NCBI GenBank assembly: GCA_963662315.1 | Contig: OY759353.1 | Location: 2,144,001-2,208,000 of the forward strand | Reading direction: 5' to 3' | Source of the DNA: Geopsychrobacteraceae bacterium | GTDB taxonomy: Bacteria > Desulfobacterota > Desulfuromonadia > Desulfuromonadales > Geopsychrobacteraceae | Length of the DNA stretch: 64,000 bases | Part shown: piece by piece, positions 10,784 through 22,120 of the stretch | Position numbering within the stretch: position 1 is the stretch's first letter | Layout: every line of letters starts with the position of its first letter | Position numbers and translations under genes: made by a program | The notes under the pieces: model-generated | Seen by the model: the letters and a program-made list of their open reading frames with translations, nothing else | Databases searched by the model: none | What the model was told of the DNA's origin: nothing

Positions 10784-10915
10784 CTGGAAGCGAGCAATTT
10801 TCCGTTGTGGCTAGGAAAGCAAAAACTTGCGCGGAGGCGTAGTACTTTACGCCGCACAAGCAAGTGTGCAGATTGACAACGCCACAGCGGAAAAGGACCG
10901 CTCCTGGGGCAGAAA
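10784..10915. repeat. Dispersed palindromic (REP/MITE-like) repeat, copy 1
   Basis: GAGCAATTTTCCGTTGTGGC...GCAGATTGAC..GCCACAGCGGAAAAG; the same core occurs at 39537-39617 and partly at 59776-59858. Confidence 0.8.
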
Positions 10916-11953
10916 TTAGAAATCGTCCCACCCATCGACCACCGACGATTGATTGTAGGCCGACACCGTCGCCTCAAAGAAGTTACTCTTCACATCCCCT
11001 TCCCCTTCGGTATCTGCCAGCTTTTCAAGATGTTTATAGGGATTCTTATCATACCCTTCATACAGCTTGCCGCTAAAGCCGAGCTTGTTCCAACGTTCGT
11101 TGGCCAACCATTTGGTGTACATGGCTGTCGTCTCTTCACTGACACCGAGTACTCCGTCGCCAATAATGTGATTGGTCCAGGCAATCTCCTGGTCGACAGC
11201 CATGCGGAACATCCCTTCAACATCATCCTGGGGGAAGAAGTCGGGATACAACTCACGGATTTCCCTCACGATAAATTCAAACAGCACGCAATGAGACAGC
11301 TCGTCACGATTGATATAGCGAATCACCTCGGAGGTACCGATCATCAGGTGGCGACTGGCCAGATTGTAGAAGAAGTTGAATCCGTTATAGAAATACAGCC
11401 CCTCAAGCAGGTAGTTAGCGATCACCACCCGGTAGAAGTGCCGCTCTGACGGATCATCAATAAATTTCTGATAAATCTCGGCAACATACTTGTTACGCTC
11501 GAATAACACCTTGTCGGTCCGCCATTTGTCATAGATGCTGTTGCGGCGATCCGCCGGAATGATCGATTCAACAATATACTGGTAACTCTGGCTATGAATG
11601 GCTTCCTGATATTGCTGAATGGCGAGCAGCAGATTCACTTCGGGAGCGGTGATATAGTCGTTAATATTGGACAGATTGTTGGTCTGAATACTGTCGAGGA
11701 AAATCAGGAAAGAGAGAATCCCATCATACGCCTGACGCTCTTCAACTGTCAGATGCTTATACGGCTCGATATCCCCGTTCAGATCAATTTTTTCCGGAAT
11801 CCAGAAGTTGGCCATCATGTTGCGATACATGCGGTTGGCCCACTGGTAACGGACATTGTTCAGGTTAAAAATATTGGTGCTGTTACCGTCGATAATTCGC
11901 CGGGTATCAAGGGAATCGTTCCCCTCGGGATTAAAGAGTCGTTTGGGTTCCAT
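10916..11953 (-). CDS. nrdB: Ribonucleotide reductase class Ia beta subunit
   Basis: FWIPEKIDL, LDSIQ, EAIHSQSY (radical Tyr), LEGLYFYNGF, INRDELSH and NFFE. ATG 11953 has an AGGAG RBS. Confidence 0.95.
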   Translation of the reverse strand: MEPKRLFNPEGNDSLDTRRIIDGNSTNIFNLNNVRYQWANRMYRNMMANFWIPEKIDLNGDIEPYKHLTVEERQAYDGILSFLIFLDSIQTNNLSNINDYITAPEVNLLLAIQQYQEAIHSQSYQYIVESIIPADRRNSIYDKWRTDKVLFERNKYVAEIYQKFIDDPSERHFYRVVIANYLLEGLYFYNGFNFFYNLASRHLMIGTSEVIRYINRDELSHCVLFEFIVREIRELYPDFFPQDDVEGMFRMAVDQEIAWTNHIIGDGVLGVSEETTAMYTKWLANERWNKLGFSGKLYEGYDKNPYKHLEKLADTEGEGDVKSNFFEATVSAYNQSSVVDGWDDF

Positions 11954-11973
11954 CTTTGGCTCCTCTATTATCT

Positions 11974-12003
11974 TCTGAAATCTCAAATTTCAAATCTGAA
12001 ATC
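11974..12003. repeat. Heptamer tandem repeat, 4 copies, between nrdA and nrdB
   Basis: TCTGAAA TCTCAAA TTTCAAA TCTGAAA TC. Confidence 0.7.
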
Positions 12004-12021
12004 GCGCAACAATGTTGCGCG

Positions 12022-14301
12022 CTACCCTGCACAGGAAACGCATTCTTCCTTGGTCGAGGCGATGTTGCTGTTTTTCTGGATACTGCGCGTATAGTATATC
12101 GCCTTACACCCTTTCTTCCAGGCCGCCATGTGCGTTTCATAAATATCTTTAGCCGTCAGATTGTTATTCAGATTGAACAGCAGCTCCATGGAAATTCCGG
12201 TATCAACATAGCGTTGCAGGCGCGACACCACATCAACCACAACGCGCTGATCAATGTGTTTGGATTCCTGATAGTGCCACAGCTTATCTTTAATGTAGGG
12301 CGGAACAATCGGCACGGTGCCATTGCTGTTATTATCGATATAAAACTTGCTGAAAATAGGCAGTACGCTTGCCGTGCACCCCTGGACAATGGAGCTGCTG
12401 GTATTGGGAGCGATGGCCGTGATGTGACTGTTGCGCACCCCGTGTTCCGCAATACGATCAAACAGGGCATCCCAGTCGAGGGTGCCATGCTCTTTGAACC
12501 AACTGCGATCACGACATAAAATCTGCTCCTGTGACCAGCTGCTCCCGTTATAGAGAGGATAATGTCCACGCTCGCGAGCCAGCTCACAGCTGGCCCAAGT
12601 ACAGTAATAACCAAACGCCTCAGCCAGTTTATCGACGGCAGCCCCGGCGCTGACGTAAGGGATCCCTTGACGCGCCAGGTAATCGGCCAACCCCATCATA
12701 CCAACCCCGATGGTGCGCAAAAGTTCGTTGTGCCGTTGCCCTTCGGCGACCGGCACATCGGTAATATCGATGCAGTTATCCAGAATACGTACGGAAGTTT
12801 CACACACCCCCGGGAGCTCTTCATCTTCAACATTGGCCATATTGATCGACACCAGGTTGCAGGTATGCACCAGCCCAGGTTCGACATCACGCGATATTTT
12901 GCCATCTTCAAAGCGTTGTACACCAATGGATGAAGGCTTAACCACGGAATATGATTCAACACACAGATTCGTACAGGGAATCATCCCAACATGCTGATTG
13001 GGGTTGGCTCGATTAATCGTATCCTTAAACGAGATATAAGGCATTCCGGTTTCAATCTGAACCTTCATAATCTGTTTATAAAGGGTCTTTGCGTTCACCT
13101 TTTCATAAAGTTCAATATTTCCCAACTCTATTTCCTGATGAAGATGGTCGAGGGCCCGGTCAAATTCGTCACCCCACAATTCTGCCAGCTCATAGCCAAA
13201 GCGGGTCCGGATCTCATGGGGATCAAACAGGAACCAATCTTCATTATTTTCAACCGCACGCATAAAACGGTCGGTCACCACAACCTGAGGGAAAACGTCA
13301 AAAGCCTTGCGACGCTGATCACCATTTTCGGTCTGCAGTTCGAGAAAATCCTCCATATCCAAATGCCAGCTGTCGAGGGCAACGGTTACAGCACCGGCGC
13401 GTTTCCCGCCCTGGTTGAAATACAGGGCAATGTCGTTGATGACCCGTACATTGGGCACAACCCCGCCGGCCCGGCCAATCGAATTGCGGATCCTGGCGCC
13501 CTGGGAACGGATGCGGCTGATACTGACGCCAACTCCGCCACCACCAGAGCTGATCTGTCCAACCTGTTCAAAGGTATGGAAGATACTGTTGGTATCATCA
13601 TCGACGGCCGTGATAAAACAGCTGGACAGGTTCCCGTTCGGTTTGCGCAGATTGATTAGGATCGGTGTCGCCAGTGAGATTTTACGTTTGGCCAGCATGA
13701 TGTAGGTGTCGCGGACCCGCTGCAGACGAACCTCCTCCGCTTGATTCTGTTCGATCAGCAAAGCAATAGTCAGCAGCGCTTCCTGCGGCATTTCAATCAC
13801 CTTGTTCTCATACTCCAGCATGTAACGTTTGATCAGCAGGCTGATCCCGGCGTAGTCGTAATCGTAATCATACTCCTGCTGAAGAAACTGACCGGCTTTA
13901 TGCAGCTCTTTTTCCGTGTATTTTTCAATCAGAACCGAGGAGTAAATACCCTTCTCAACAAAATCCTTAACCGTCTGACAGTAGCTCGGGTAACGATACT
14001 CATAGGGAATATTCCGCGCCAAGTGAACCCGCTTGTAGAAATCAACCAGCTTCAGACGCGCCGCCAGAATCCGCCAGTCCGGCTCTTCAATTGAGGTCAG
14101 CCGCAGCGAAGTTTCTATCACTGTCTCGTGAATCTCCCCGGTGGTCATATTATTACGGAAATGAATTTCCAGTTTTGATTCAAGTTCGATAGGGTTGATA
14201 TCCAGCCCCTCTGCAGCCCACTGGATAACCTTACGGATTTTTGCAATTTCAAGAGGAGCCTCTTCCCCGTTACGTTTAATGACGCGGTAGCGTTTTGCCA
14301 T
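12022..14301 (-). CDS. nrdA: Ribonucleotide reductase class Ia alpha subunit with ATP cone
   Basis: VIKRNG ATP cone, LSSCF, GGGVG, TNLCVE, APNTSSS, YYTRS and C-terminal CVSC. Confidence 0.96.
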   Translation of the reverse strand: MAKRYRVIKRNGEEAPLEIAKIRKVIQWAAEGLDINPIELESKLEIHFRNNMTTGEIHETVIETSLRLTSIEEPDWRILAARLKLVDFYKRVHLARNIPYEYRYPSYCQTVKDFVEKGIYSSVLIEKYTEKELHKAGQFLQQEYDYDYDYAGISLLIKRYMLEYENKVIEMPQEALLTIALLIEQNQAEEVRLQRVRDTYIMLAKRKISLATPILINLRKPNGNLSSCFITAVDDDTNSIFHTFEQVGQISSGGGGVGVSISRIRSQGARIRNSIGRAGGVVPNVRVINDIALYFNQGGKRAGAVTVALDSWHLDMEDFLELQTENGDQRRKAFDVFPQVVVTDRFMRAVENNEDWFLFDPHEIRTRFGYELAELWGDEFDRALDHLHQEIELGNIELYEKVNAKTLYKQIMKVQIETGMPYISFKDTINRANPNQHVGMIPCTNLCVESYSVVKPSSIGVQRFEDGKISRDVEPGLVHTCNLVSINMANVEDEELPGVCETSVRILDNCIDITDVPVAEGQRHNELLRTIGVGMMGLADYLARQGIPYVSAGAAVDKLAEAFGYYCTWASCELARERGHYPLYNGSSWSQEQILCRDRSWFKEHGTLDWDALFDRIAEHGVRNSHITAIAPNTSSSIVQGCTASVLPIFSKFYIDNNSNGTVPIVPPYIKDKLWHYQESKHIDQRVVVDVVSRLQRYVDTGISMELLFNLNNNLTAKDIYETHMAAWKKGCKAIYYTRSIQKNSNIASTKEECVSCAG

Positions 14302-14330
14302 GATCCCGGACCTCCGTTGTTATTATCACT

Positions 14331-14377
14331 ACACCATATCTTGTAGTCGCAGGATCGAAGTATACATCATATTGAAA
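14331..14377 (-). promoter_or_regulatory. Tandem NrdR boxes
   Basis: ACACCATATCTTGTAG (14331-14346) matches acaCwAtATaTwGtg. A weaker second box ATACATCATATTGAAA lies 31 bp away, directly upstream of nrdA. Confidence 0.75.
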
Positions 14378-14777
14378 TAAAATTAAGACAAAAATGGTAA
14401 CTTTTTAAAGTTTTAATCACTCCCATTGCTTGAAACATTTGAATTTGCCTGTTTTTACAAGGAAAATATCGGAAGGGATAAATCAGGCAAGCTATTTGTC
14501 TCGCAGGTAGCTACTCCCCTTTAAGTTCCCCTAAAGACAATTGAAACACTCAAGAGTATCAACAACAGCAGAATCAAGTTGTACTTGAAAATACTAACAT
14601 TTCAGAACAAAAGTCTTTACCAGAGCACCCGGCATTATGCAGGGTCGTTCTTTTTATCCCTATAAATATTTGCTATAGTTACGACCGGAAAACACAAATT
14701 CACTTTCATTTTTCATCATAGTCCCTCGTATATCAGAATCAGAAACAGGTCAGCCCTGTTTCTCCAAAGGAGGAATC

Positions 14778-15701
14778 ATGTCAGTTTTATTACGTTCGGC
14801 ATTAAAACCCGATGAAATTACCACAGAGATCGAAGAGCGCTTTAAGCCCATCTGGGAAAAAGGCCCGATCAGTGAGGAAGTCGCCAAGGATATCAATATT
14901 GTCATCACCAAGGGGGACCTGGGTCTCAAAAGCGATGAGATGCGTGCCCTGCCCAACCTGAAACTGATCTCCGTCTATGGCGTCGGCACCGATGCTATCG
15001 ATCTGATCCAGGCCAAAGAGCGCGGCATCCAGGTTGCAACCACCCCCAACGTCCTGACCAATGCCGTTGCTGAAATGGCCCTGACCCTGACTCTGGCCGG
15101 AGCCCGCCGCATAGCAGAAGGTGACCGCCACGTACGCGCCGGCAAATGGCCTCAGGCCAGCCTGGGGCTGGGTTGGTCGGTCGTTGGTGAAACTGCCGGC
15201 ATTTTCGGCTACGGACGCATTGGTAAACGGATTGCGGAATTGTGCCGGGCGGTTGGCATGAAGGTGCTATATACCGACCTGCAGGCGACACCGGGCGAAG
15301 AAGCAGCCTTCCGCCCTTCCGCTGAAGAGCTGGCCAAAGACTGCCGCGTCCTGATTATTGCCGCTGAAGGTGGCGCTAAGACCCGCGGACTGATTAACCG
15401 CAAAGTTTTAAAAGCCCTCGGCCCCGATGGTCTGCTGGTCAACGTTGCCCGTGGCTCGGTCATCAATGAAGCAGAACTGATCCAAAGCCTTGCCGCCGAT
15501 GAAATCGCCTGTGCCGCCCTTGATGTTTTTGAAGATGAGCCGAATGTCCCTGAAGCGTTGCGCAATAATCCCAAACTGGTTCTAACCCCTCATGTTGCCT
15601 CGGGAACCGTCGATGCCCGCATGGCCATGGGGCGACTGGTCATCGACAACACCGCAGCGTTTCTAGCAGGTGAACCATTATTGACCCCTCTCTCATTTTA
15701 A
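14778..15701 (+). CDS. D-isomer-specific 2-hydroxyacid dehydrogenase (GhrB/2-ketogluconate reductase-like)
   Basis: GVGTDAID, TPNVLTNAVAE, GIFGYGRIG, NVARGSV, LDVFEDEP and TPHVAS. Confidence 0.9.
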   Translation: MSVLLRSALKPDEITTEIEERFKPIWEKGPISEEVAKDINIVITKGDLGLKSDEMRALPNLKLISVYGVGTDAIDLIQAKERGIQVATTPNVLTNAVAEMALTLTLAGARRIAEGDRHVRAGKWPQASLGLGWSVVGETAGIFGYGRIGKRIAELCRAVGMKVLYTDLQATPGEEAAFRPSAEELAKDCRVLIIAAEGGAKTRGLINRKVLKALGPDGLLVNVARGSVINEAELIQSLAADEIACAALDVFEDEPNVPEALRNNPKLVLTPHVASGTVDARMAMGRLVIDNTAAFLAGEPLLTPLSF

Positions 15702-15714
15702 CAGGAGCTTACAG

Positions 15715-17133
15715 ATGCAGGAAACCCGGTCAATAGGTCTCATCGGTCTTGGCGTCATGGGCCAGAACCTCGCCCTGAATATGACAGACCACGGCTTTAA
15801 CGTTGTCAGTTACGATCCGTGGGAAAGTGCCCGCAATAATTTTGCCCAACTTAACCAGGGCAGTGCCAATCCTGAGCGCGTCACTATCTGTGACAACCTC
15901 AGCGATTTTGTCCGGACCCTACCTGTGCCACGTAGCATTTTGCTCATGGTCAAGGCCGGGGAAGTCGTCGACCAGCAAATTGAGCAGTTACTTCCGCTCC
16001 TGAGTAGCGGCGATACCATCATTGATGGGGGCAACTCTCATTATCATGACACGCGCCGCCGTGAGCACTATCTCCAGGAAAAAGGGCTATACTTCATTGG
16101 TCTGGGTATTTCCGGTGGGGAAGAAGGAGCGCGCCGCGGACCAGCTATGATGGCCGGTGGCGCACCTGAGTCTTTTGTGCGGGTCGAACCGATATTTGCT
16201 GCCATCGCCGCCCGGTTTGAAGATGAACCCTGCTGTGCCTTGGTCGGTCCTGATGGAGCCGGTCATTTCGTCAAGATGATTCATAATGGTATCGAATACG
16301 GCATTATGCAGCTGATTGCCGAAACTTATGTTCTGCTGCGTGATGTCGGGCAACTGTCACACGCTGACATGGCGACCACCTTCAAAAACTGGAATCAGAC
16401 CGAACTGGCTTCGTACCTGATTGAGATCACTGCGGACATTCTGGTTAAACCGGACGAATACAGTACTCAACCCCTGGTGGAAATGATCCTCGATAAAGCA
16501 GGACAAAAAGGCACCGGACGCTGGAGCAGTGAAGCGGCTCTGGAGGTTGGCATTCCGACCCCGACCATTACCAGCGCCGTATTCGCCCGAGCCCTGTCGG
16601 CACTAAAGGATGAGCGATTGGTTGCGGCAGACATTCTCGCTGGACCTGCTCAGCAAGACATTAACAATAAAGAGGAATTTGTTGACGCGGTCAAGGACGC
16701 ATTACTCAGCTCAATCATTGCCTCCTACGCTCAAGGGTTGGCGGTTATCTCGGCAGCGTCTGACGAACACCACTGGCAGATCGATATCGCCACAGTCACC
16801 AGCATCTGGCGAGCCGGCTGTATTATCCGCGCCGAACTGCTTGATACCATTACGTCAGCTTATCGGCAGTCCGGCCAGCCCCTTAACCTGATGTGCGCTT
16901 CAGGAATCAGTAATCTGCTGCAAAAAACTCAGAATGGCTGGCGTAAGACCCTGGTGACCGCCATAGAGAGTGGCATCCCGGTACCAGCCATTTCATCTGC
17001 ACTGGCGTATTACGACAGCTACCGGTCACCACGGTTGTGGGCCAACATGATTCAGGCGCAGCGCGATTATTTTGGTGCACATACCTATCAAAGAGTTGAC
17101 AGAGCGGGGGTCTTTCACTCCCAGTGGTGTTGA
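15715..17133 (+). CDS. gnd: 6-phosphogluconate dehydrogenase (decarboxylating)
   Basis: IGLIGLGVMGQNLALN, DGGNS, ISGGEEGA, GHFVKMIHNGIEY, QKGTGRW and QAQRDYFGAHTY. Confidence 0.96.
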   Translation: MQETRSIGLIGLGVMGQNLALNMTDHGFNVVSYDPWESARNNFAQLNQGSANPERVTICDNLSDFVRTLPVPRSILLMVKAGEVVDQQIEQLLPLLSSGDTIIDGGNSHYHDTRRREHYLQEKGLYFIGLGISGGEEGARRGPAMMAGGAPESFVRVEPIFAAIAARFEDEPCCALVGPDGAGHFVKMIHNGIEYGIMQLIAETYVLLRDVGQLSHADMATTFKNWNQTELASYLIEITADILVKPDEYSTQPLVEMILDKAGQKGTGRWSSEAALEVGIPTPTITSAVFARALSALKDERLVAADILAGPAQQDINNKEEFVDAVKDALLSSIIASYAQGLAVISAASDEHHWQIDIATVTSIWRAGCIIRAELLDTITSAYRQSGQPLNLMCASGISNLLQKTQNGWRKTLVTAIESGIPVPAISSALAYYDSYRSPRLWANMIQAQRDYFGAHTYQRVDRAGVFHSQWC

Positions 17134-17235
17134 GTTGTAAGCTGTTAACGGCCGTGTTCCGCGACGGCATCAGTCAGTGAGCGAGCTTGCGCGGCCTAAA
17201 GTTGGGGACTCCTGTCCCGCCCGAAAATATGACAT

Positions 17236-17436
17236 CAGTGCGATAACAAGCGCTTAAAGGCAAGGCGGCGCATGAGCGCAGGAACTCGCAGGACTGAATT
17301 CAGGCGCAGACAACGCTACAGATGACCGCTTAATCGCACCCGAAGAAAGTTTCTCCCCTGCGTCGCCAGAAGCGGCAGCCCTTGTGAATGATCATTCCCT
17401 TCACAAGGGCTGCAACACATGGCATGCAGAAGAGGC
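17236..17436. repeat. Two adjacent long intergenic hairpins (REP-like)
   Basis: GTGCGATAACAAGCG...CGCTTAATCGCAC, and a perfect 14-bp GCAGCCCTTGTGAA / TTCACAAGGGCTGC stem (17375-17413). Confidence 0.55.
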
Positions 17437-17638
17437 TCAGAGAACAATATTTAAAGAAGAGAGCGAATAACGTCAGCAGTTACAAGCGTTTTTTTCTTTA
17501 CCGCGTTCTATATGGGGCCCTATCTTTGACCACCGACCCAGCTGCCCTGCTCATCTGATATAATCTTTAATGGTAAGTTTGTTTTGCAAAGAGCTTCATC
17601 ACCATCTCAGTGCCAGTCTGGCAGGAGGGAGGTGTTGC

Positions 17639-19189
17639 ATGTCCAAGCATGAAAAACAGATCGTCACCAGACTCCTCGACCCGGGATGCTACACTCATCA
17701 CGTCACTAAGGTCGAACTTGTTGAAACCCACGTCTCCAGGATTTTCCTCGCCGGTGAATTTGCCTATAAAATGAAAAAACCGGTTAATTTCGGTTTCCTC
17801 GATTTTTCCACCCTGAAATTACGCCAATTCTACTGTAACGAGGAGCTACGCCTGAACCGTCGCTTTGCCCCGCAACTTTATCTGGACGTTTGCACCATTG
17901 GGGGAGAGCCGGAAAAAGTCGTGTTCGGAGGGGTTCCGGTTCAGGATTACCTGGTCAAAATGGTTCGGTTTCCGCGTCACAAACAACTCGACCAATTACT
18001 GAAAAATGATCAGTTAACGGCTGCGCAGATTGAGGATGTGGCCAAAATTCTGGCCAATTTTCACGCCACTACCGCAAGAGCTCCTTCTGCTTCAGAGTTC
18101 GGTTCACCTTCTGACGTTACGGCTCCCGTTCTGAACAACTTCAAACAATTACACAACACCCTGACAGACCCGTCATGCGCTCCGCTAATCAACGAGCTTG
18201 AAAGCTGGAGCAAATACGTCTGCGAAGCATATTCAAGACGTTTTGAGCAACGCAAGGCAAGTGGCTTTGTGCGCGAATGCCACGGCGACCTGCACCTTGC
18301 CAATATGGTCTGGTGGAAAGGGCACCCCCTGCTATTCGATTGTATTGAATTCAACCCCAACCTGCGCTGGATCGATTTGCTTAGTGAGGTCGCTTTTCTG
18401 GTTATGGACCTGGATGACCATGCCGCAACCAAACTGGGATGGCGCTTTTTAAATACGTACCTGCAGTGGACGGGAGACTATCGGGATCTGGACCTCCTGA
18501 GATTCTACAAGGTCTACCGGGCCATGGTCCGCTGCAAAGTCATCAGCCTGAGACTCAAGCAGCATGGCCTTTCTGCCACAGACCGGCGTACCGCCATCAG
18601 GCTTTTACACAGTTATCTTGAACTGGGCTGCGGCTATCTGCAGCCCAGGAAAAAGACCCTGGTCATCAGTCATGGACTATCCGGCTCTGGAAAAACAAGC
18701 TTTATTAAGAAACTGGCTGCTCGCTGTGGAGCCATAAGTATTCACTCCGACATTGAACGAAAAAGAAGCGCCGGTCTGGCTCCGATAGAAGCCAGCCATT
18801 CCGCGACAGACACTGGCCTCTACACGCCCGAGCGCACAGAGGCAACTTATCAGGAACTCCTGCTCCTGGCTGAATCCATTCTGCACGCAGGCCTGCCGGT
18901 GCTGGTGGACGCAACGTTCCTGCGCCAGGCACACAGAAACCTCTTCAGGCAGTTGGCGAAAAACCTGAATATCCAGTTTTTCATTCTTGATTTCCAACGG
19001 CCTGAAGCGGAGCTAAGGCACAGAGTCCGCCAACGGTTACAGCAAACAGAGCAAAATTCTGAAGCCACCGAACAGGTGCTGGATAAACAGCTTGTACGAC
19101 AAGAACACCTGACTGATGAAGAAATCTTGTTCAGCCACCGGATATGCGACGACAAAAACCTTGAAGATATAGCCAGCAGGCTGTCATAA
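17639..19189 (+). CDS. Bifunctional aminoglycoside-phosphotransferase-like / AAA_33 P-loop kinase
   Basis: ETHVS, YKMKKPVNFGFLDFST, RECHGDLHLAN, FDCIEFN, P-loop GLSGSGKTS, SDIERK and VDATFL. Confidence 0.88.
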   Translation: MSKHEKQIVTRLLDPGCYTHHVTKVELVETHVSRIFLAGEFAYKMKKPVNFGFLDFSTLKLRQFYCNEELRLNRRFAPQLYLDVCTIGGEPEKVVFGGVPVQDYLVKMVRFPRHKQLDQLLKNDQLTAAQIEDVAKILANFHATTARAPSASEFGSPSDVTAPVLNNFKQLHNTLTDPSCAPLINELESWSKYVCEAYSRRFEQRKASGFVRECHGDLHLANMVWWKGHPLLFDCIEFNPNLRWIDLLSEVAFLVMDLDDHAATKLGWRFLNTYLQWTGDYRDLDLLRFYKVYRAMVRCKVISLRLKQHGLSATDRRTAIRLLHSYLELGCGYLQPRKKTLVISHGLSGSGKTSFIKKLAARCGAISIHSDIERKRSAGLAPIEASHSATDTGLYTPERTEATYQELLLLAESILHAGLPVLVDATFLRQAHRNLFRQLAKNLNIQFFILDFQRPEAELRHRVRQRLQQTEQNSEATEQVLDKQLVRQEHLTDEEILFSHRICDDKNLEDIASRLS

Positions 19190-19295
19190 TCGGCACCAGC
19201 CGCCGCAGGCATCGATTCTGGAGCCTAATGGCCATTTAATTAAACTTTGCAATTTTGGTAAGAGAAGGTAACGTCTTGATATCAGAAGGTCCTCA

Positions 19296-21947
19296 ATGAG
19301 ATTATTTCTACGTGTTCTTTCTATTTGCCTACTTCTTCTAACGCTCTCCCTTAACCTCTGGGCAACCCCTCCCCATCATATCTTGTATATCAACTCTTAT
19401 CACCCGACCTTCCCTACGTTTTTCCAGCAATTAGAAGGAATTCAATCGGTCTTTAGCAGGCAGCCGCTGCATCTTGATATTGAATTTATGGACACCAAAA
19501 GATTCCCTGGCCCGGAAACCGTCAGGAAATTTCATGCAGCCCTGTCTGAAAAACTTGCAAAACTCCCCTCCTATGATGCCATCATTGTCGCCGATGATAA
19601 CGCTCTGTCCTTCGCCATAGATTATCAGTCACAACTGTTTCCGAATCTCCCCATCGTCTTTTTAGGCGTCAACAATATTGACTTGGCCCTGCAACAGAAT
19701 GCCAACCCGTATATTACTGGCGTTGTTGAAGCGATCTCGATGCAAGAGACTATCGCCCTGATCAAAAGCTTATCCCCGCAAACCAGGCGCATCGTGGCAC
19801 TGGTTGACAACCTGCCCAGTGGCCAGGCGGACCTGAAATCTTTTTACAGTTGTCAAAAAGAATTTCCGGACCTTGAATTTTCCGAACTGTCATTGGCCCA
19901 GCAGACATTTGCATCATTTGCCAAGCAATTACGGACTCTGGGCCCTGAAGATACAGCGCTCCTATTATCGGCATATCAAGACAGCTCCGGACAAAACTTG
20001 CAATTTGAAGACAGCCTGGCTCTCATCAGCAAAAACCTTTCCCGGCCACTATATCACCTCTGGGAACACGGCATGGGAGAAGGGGTTCTGGGCGGAAAAA
20101 TAATCAGTCATCGGCAGCAAGGAGCCAGTGCCGCACAGATCGTATTAAAAATTTTAACAGGAACCCCGGTCGAGAGCATTCCGGTCACCAACATCAGTCC
20201 GAACCGCTATGAATTTGATTACCGGGAAATGCAGAAATTTGGCATATCGCCATCGATGTTGCCGGACCACAGCTCTATACTTAATAGACCCCACTCCTAT
20301 TACCAGCAACATAAACCTATTATTCTCACTTCGGCAGTCATTTTCCTGGGTTATTCTCTGTTACTGTTTGCCATGTTCAGAACCATTCGCACCCGGCGCA
20401 AGGCGCAAATCAAGCTAAAGGAGAGTGAAGGCCATTTGAAGGATCTTATTGATCAATCACCGGTGGGGCTTGCGCTATGTAGGATGGATGGATCATTTTT
20501 AACCGTTAACGCAGCCTATGCAAATATCATCGGCTACAGCGTTGAGGAGACGCTCAAACTCACCTATTGGGATGTCACGCCAAAAGAATACGTTGCCAGC
20601 GAGGAGCAACAGCTTAAACTTCTGGAACAGACCGGGAATTACGGCCCTTATGAAAAGGAGTACTATCATCGCGACGGGCACCTGGTTCCCGTGCGGCTGA
20701 AGGGCATGGTTTATTATCATGACAACCAGAAACTCATCTGGTCCAGTGTAGAAGACATCACGACCCTCAGAGAGAACAGACGCCTGGAAGAGCAATTACG
20801 CCAATCACAAAAAATGGAAGCCATCGGTACCCTGGCTGGTGGCATCGCCCACGATTTCAATAACATCCTCGCCGCCATACTCGGCTATACGGAACTGGTA
20901 TTACGCAACCAGGAGACTCTTCCGCTGAATCGTAAAAAACTTGAGCACGTCTACACCGCTGCAAAAAGGGCAAAAGACCTGGTCAAGCAGATCCTTACTT
21001 TCAGCCGCAAAGAGAAGGAAAATCGCGAACCCCTCAGCCTCAATGCCATTATCAATGAAGCGGCCCTGCTGTTACACAACACTATCCCCAAAAGCGTCAT
21101 GCTCAAAGTGGATATGGGCAACAAGGACTGTCAAGTTCTTGCCGATGCCACCCAGATGCATCAGGTCATCATGAACCTGTGTACGAATGCGTTTCATGCT
21201 CTGCCCAAAGAGTCTGGCGAGATCCATATCAGTCTGACTCAAACGAACATGAACGATGTTCTTGCACGCCAATATCCTGAGCTAACCCAGAAGCAATATG
21301 CTGTCATCTCCATTTCAGATAATGGCAGCGGTATTCCCCCGGAGGTTTTACCGCGCATCTTCGACCCGTTCTTCACCACGAAAAAAAGCGGAGCGGGAAC
21401 CGGTATGGGTCTTGCGGTGGTCCTTGGCATTATCCAAAGTCATGATGGGGCCATAGGCGTAGAAAGTACACTTGGTGAAGGAACAACCTTCACCGTATTC
21501 CTGCCGATCACCAACAGCATGAGCGCTACGCCACCACCAGAAGCAGAGGCCACAGATCTGCATGGCACAGAACGCATTCTGTTTGTTGACGATGAAATCA
21601 TGCTGACCAGTCTGGGAAAGGAAATGCTTGAATCCTTAGGCTATCGGGTTACGGTTGCAACTTCCGGCGACCAGGCTCTCGCTCTGTTTCGTGCCAACCC
21701 CGATTTTTTTGACGCCATTGTAACGGACCAAACGATGCTCGGCATTACCGGGGATGTTCTGGCCCAGGAAACCCTGCAGCTGCGGCCGGCTCTTCCAGTC
21801 ATCATCTGTACCGGGCATACCACCCTGATCGATGCAGGCAAAGCCCAACAGCTGGGGATCGCAGCCCTGTTAACCAAACCGATAAGCAGAGATAGTCTGG
21901 CTGCAGAAATCCGCAAAGCGCTGGATACAAAGGGGACTGGTTCATAA
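19296..21947 (+). CDS. Hybrid sensor histidine kinase (SBP-like periplasmic domain, PAS, HisKA, HATPase, REC)
   Basis: INSYH N-terminal sensor, TM helix, [36 protein letters not shown], and receiver FVDDE...VTDQTM. Confidence 0.93.
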   Translation: MRLFLRVLSICLLLLTLSLNLWATPPHHILYINSYHPTFPTFFQQLEGIQSVFSRQPLHLDIEFMDTKRFPGPETVRKFHAALSEKLAKLPSYDAIIVADDNALSFAIDYQSQLFPNLPIVFLGVNNIDLALQQNANPYITGVVEAISMQETIALIKSLSPQTRRIVALVDNLPSGQADLKSFYSCQKEFPDLEFSELSLAQQTFASFAKQLRTLGPEDTALLLSAYQDSSGQNLQFEDSLALISKNLSRPLYHLWEHGMGEGVLGGKIISHRQQGASAAQIVLKILTGTPVESIPVTNISPNRYEFDYREMQKFGISPSMLPDHSSILNRPHSYYQQHKPIILTSAVIFLGYSLLLFAMFRTIRTRRKAQIKLKESEGHLKDLIDQSPVGLALCRMDGSFLTVNAAYANIIGYSVEETLKLTYWDVTPKEYVASEEQQLKLLEQTGNYGPYEKEYYHRDGHLVPVRLKGMVYYHDNQKLIWSSVEDITTLRENRRLEEQLRQSQKMEAIGTLAGGIAHDFNNILAAILGYTELVLRNQETLPLNRKKLEHVYTAAKRAKDLVKQILTFSRKEKENREPLSLNAIINEAALLLHNTIPKSVMLKVDMGNKDCQVLADATQMHQVIMNLCTNAFHALPKESGEIHISLTQTNMNDVLARQYPELTQKQYAVISISDNGSGIPPEVLPRIFDPFFTTKKSGAGTGMGLAVVLGIIQSHDGAIGVESTLGEGTTFTVFLPITNSMSATPPPEAEATDLHGTERILFVDDEIMLTSLGKEMLESLGYRVTVATSGDQALALFRANPDFFDAIVTDQTMLGITGDVLAQETLQLRPALPVIICTGHTTLIDAGKAQQLGIAALLTKPISRDSLAAEIRKALDTKGTGS

Positions 21948-22120
21948 CCGCCAAGATCCAATCCTGCTTTGCCTAGGTACCTGCTTTTGTCAAGCAGGTC
22001 ATTCCAGACTTTTTAGCTTCTTTTCACCACTGATGCTTGCAAAGCACAGTGAGTTCAGGCAAGCTCTGTGCAACAGACTTTTTTCAATCAACTTGCCAGC
22101 GCAAAGCGCAGGAGGAATAC

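Noticed and set aside
10916..11953. Metal-free class Ie or class Ic RNR beta subunit
   Set aside because: All carboxylate/His ligands and the radical Tyr are present, so it is an ordinary class Ia subunit; no intein or intron seen.
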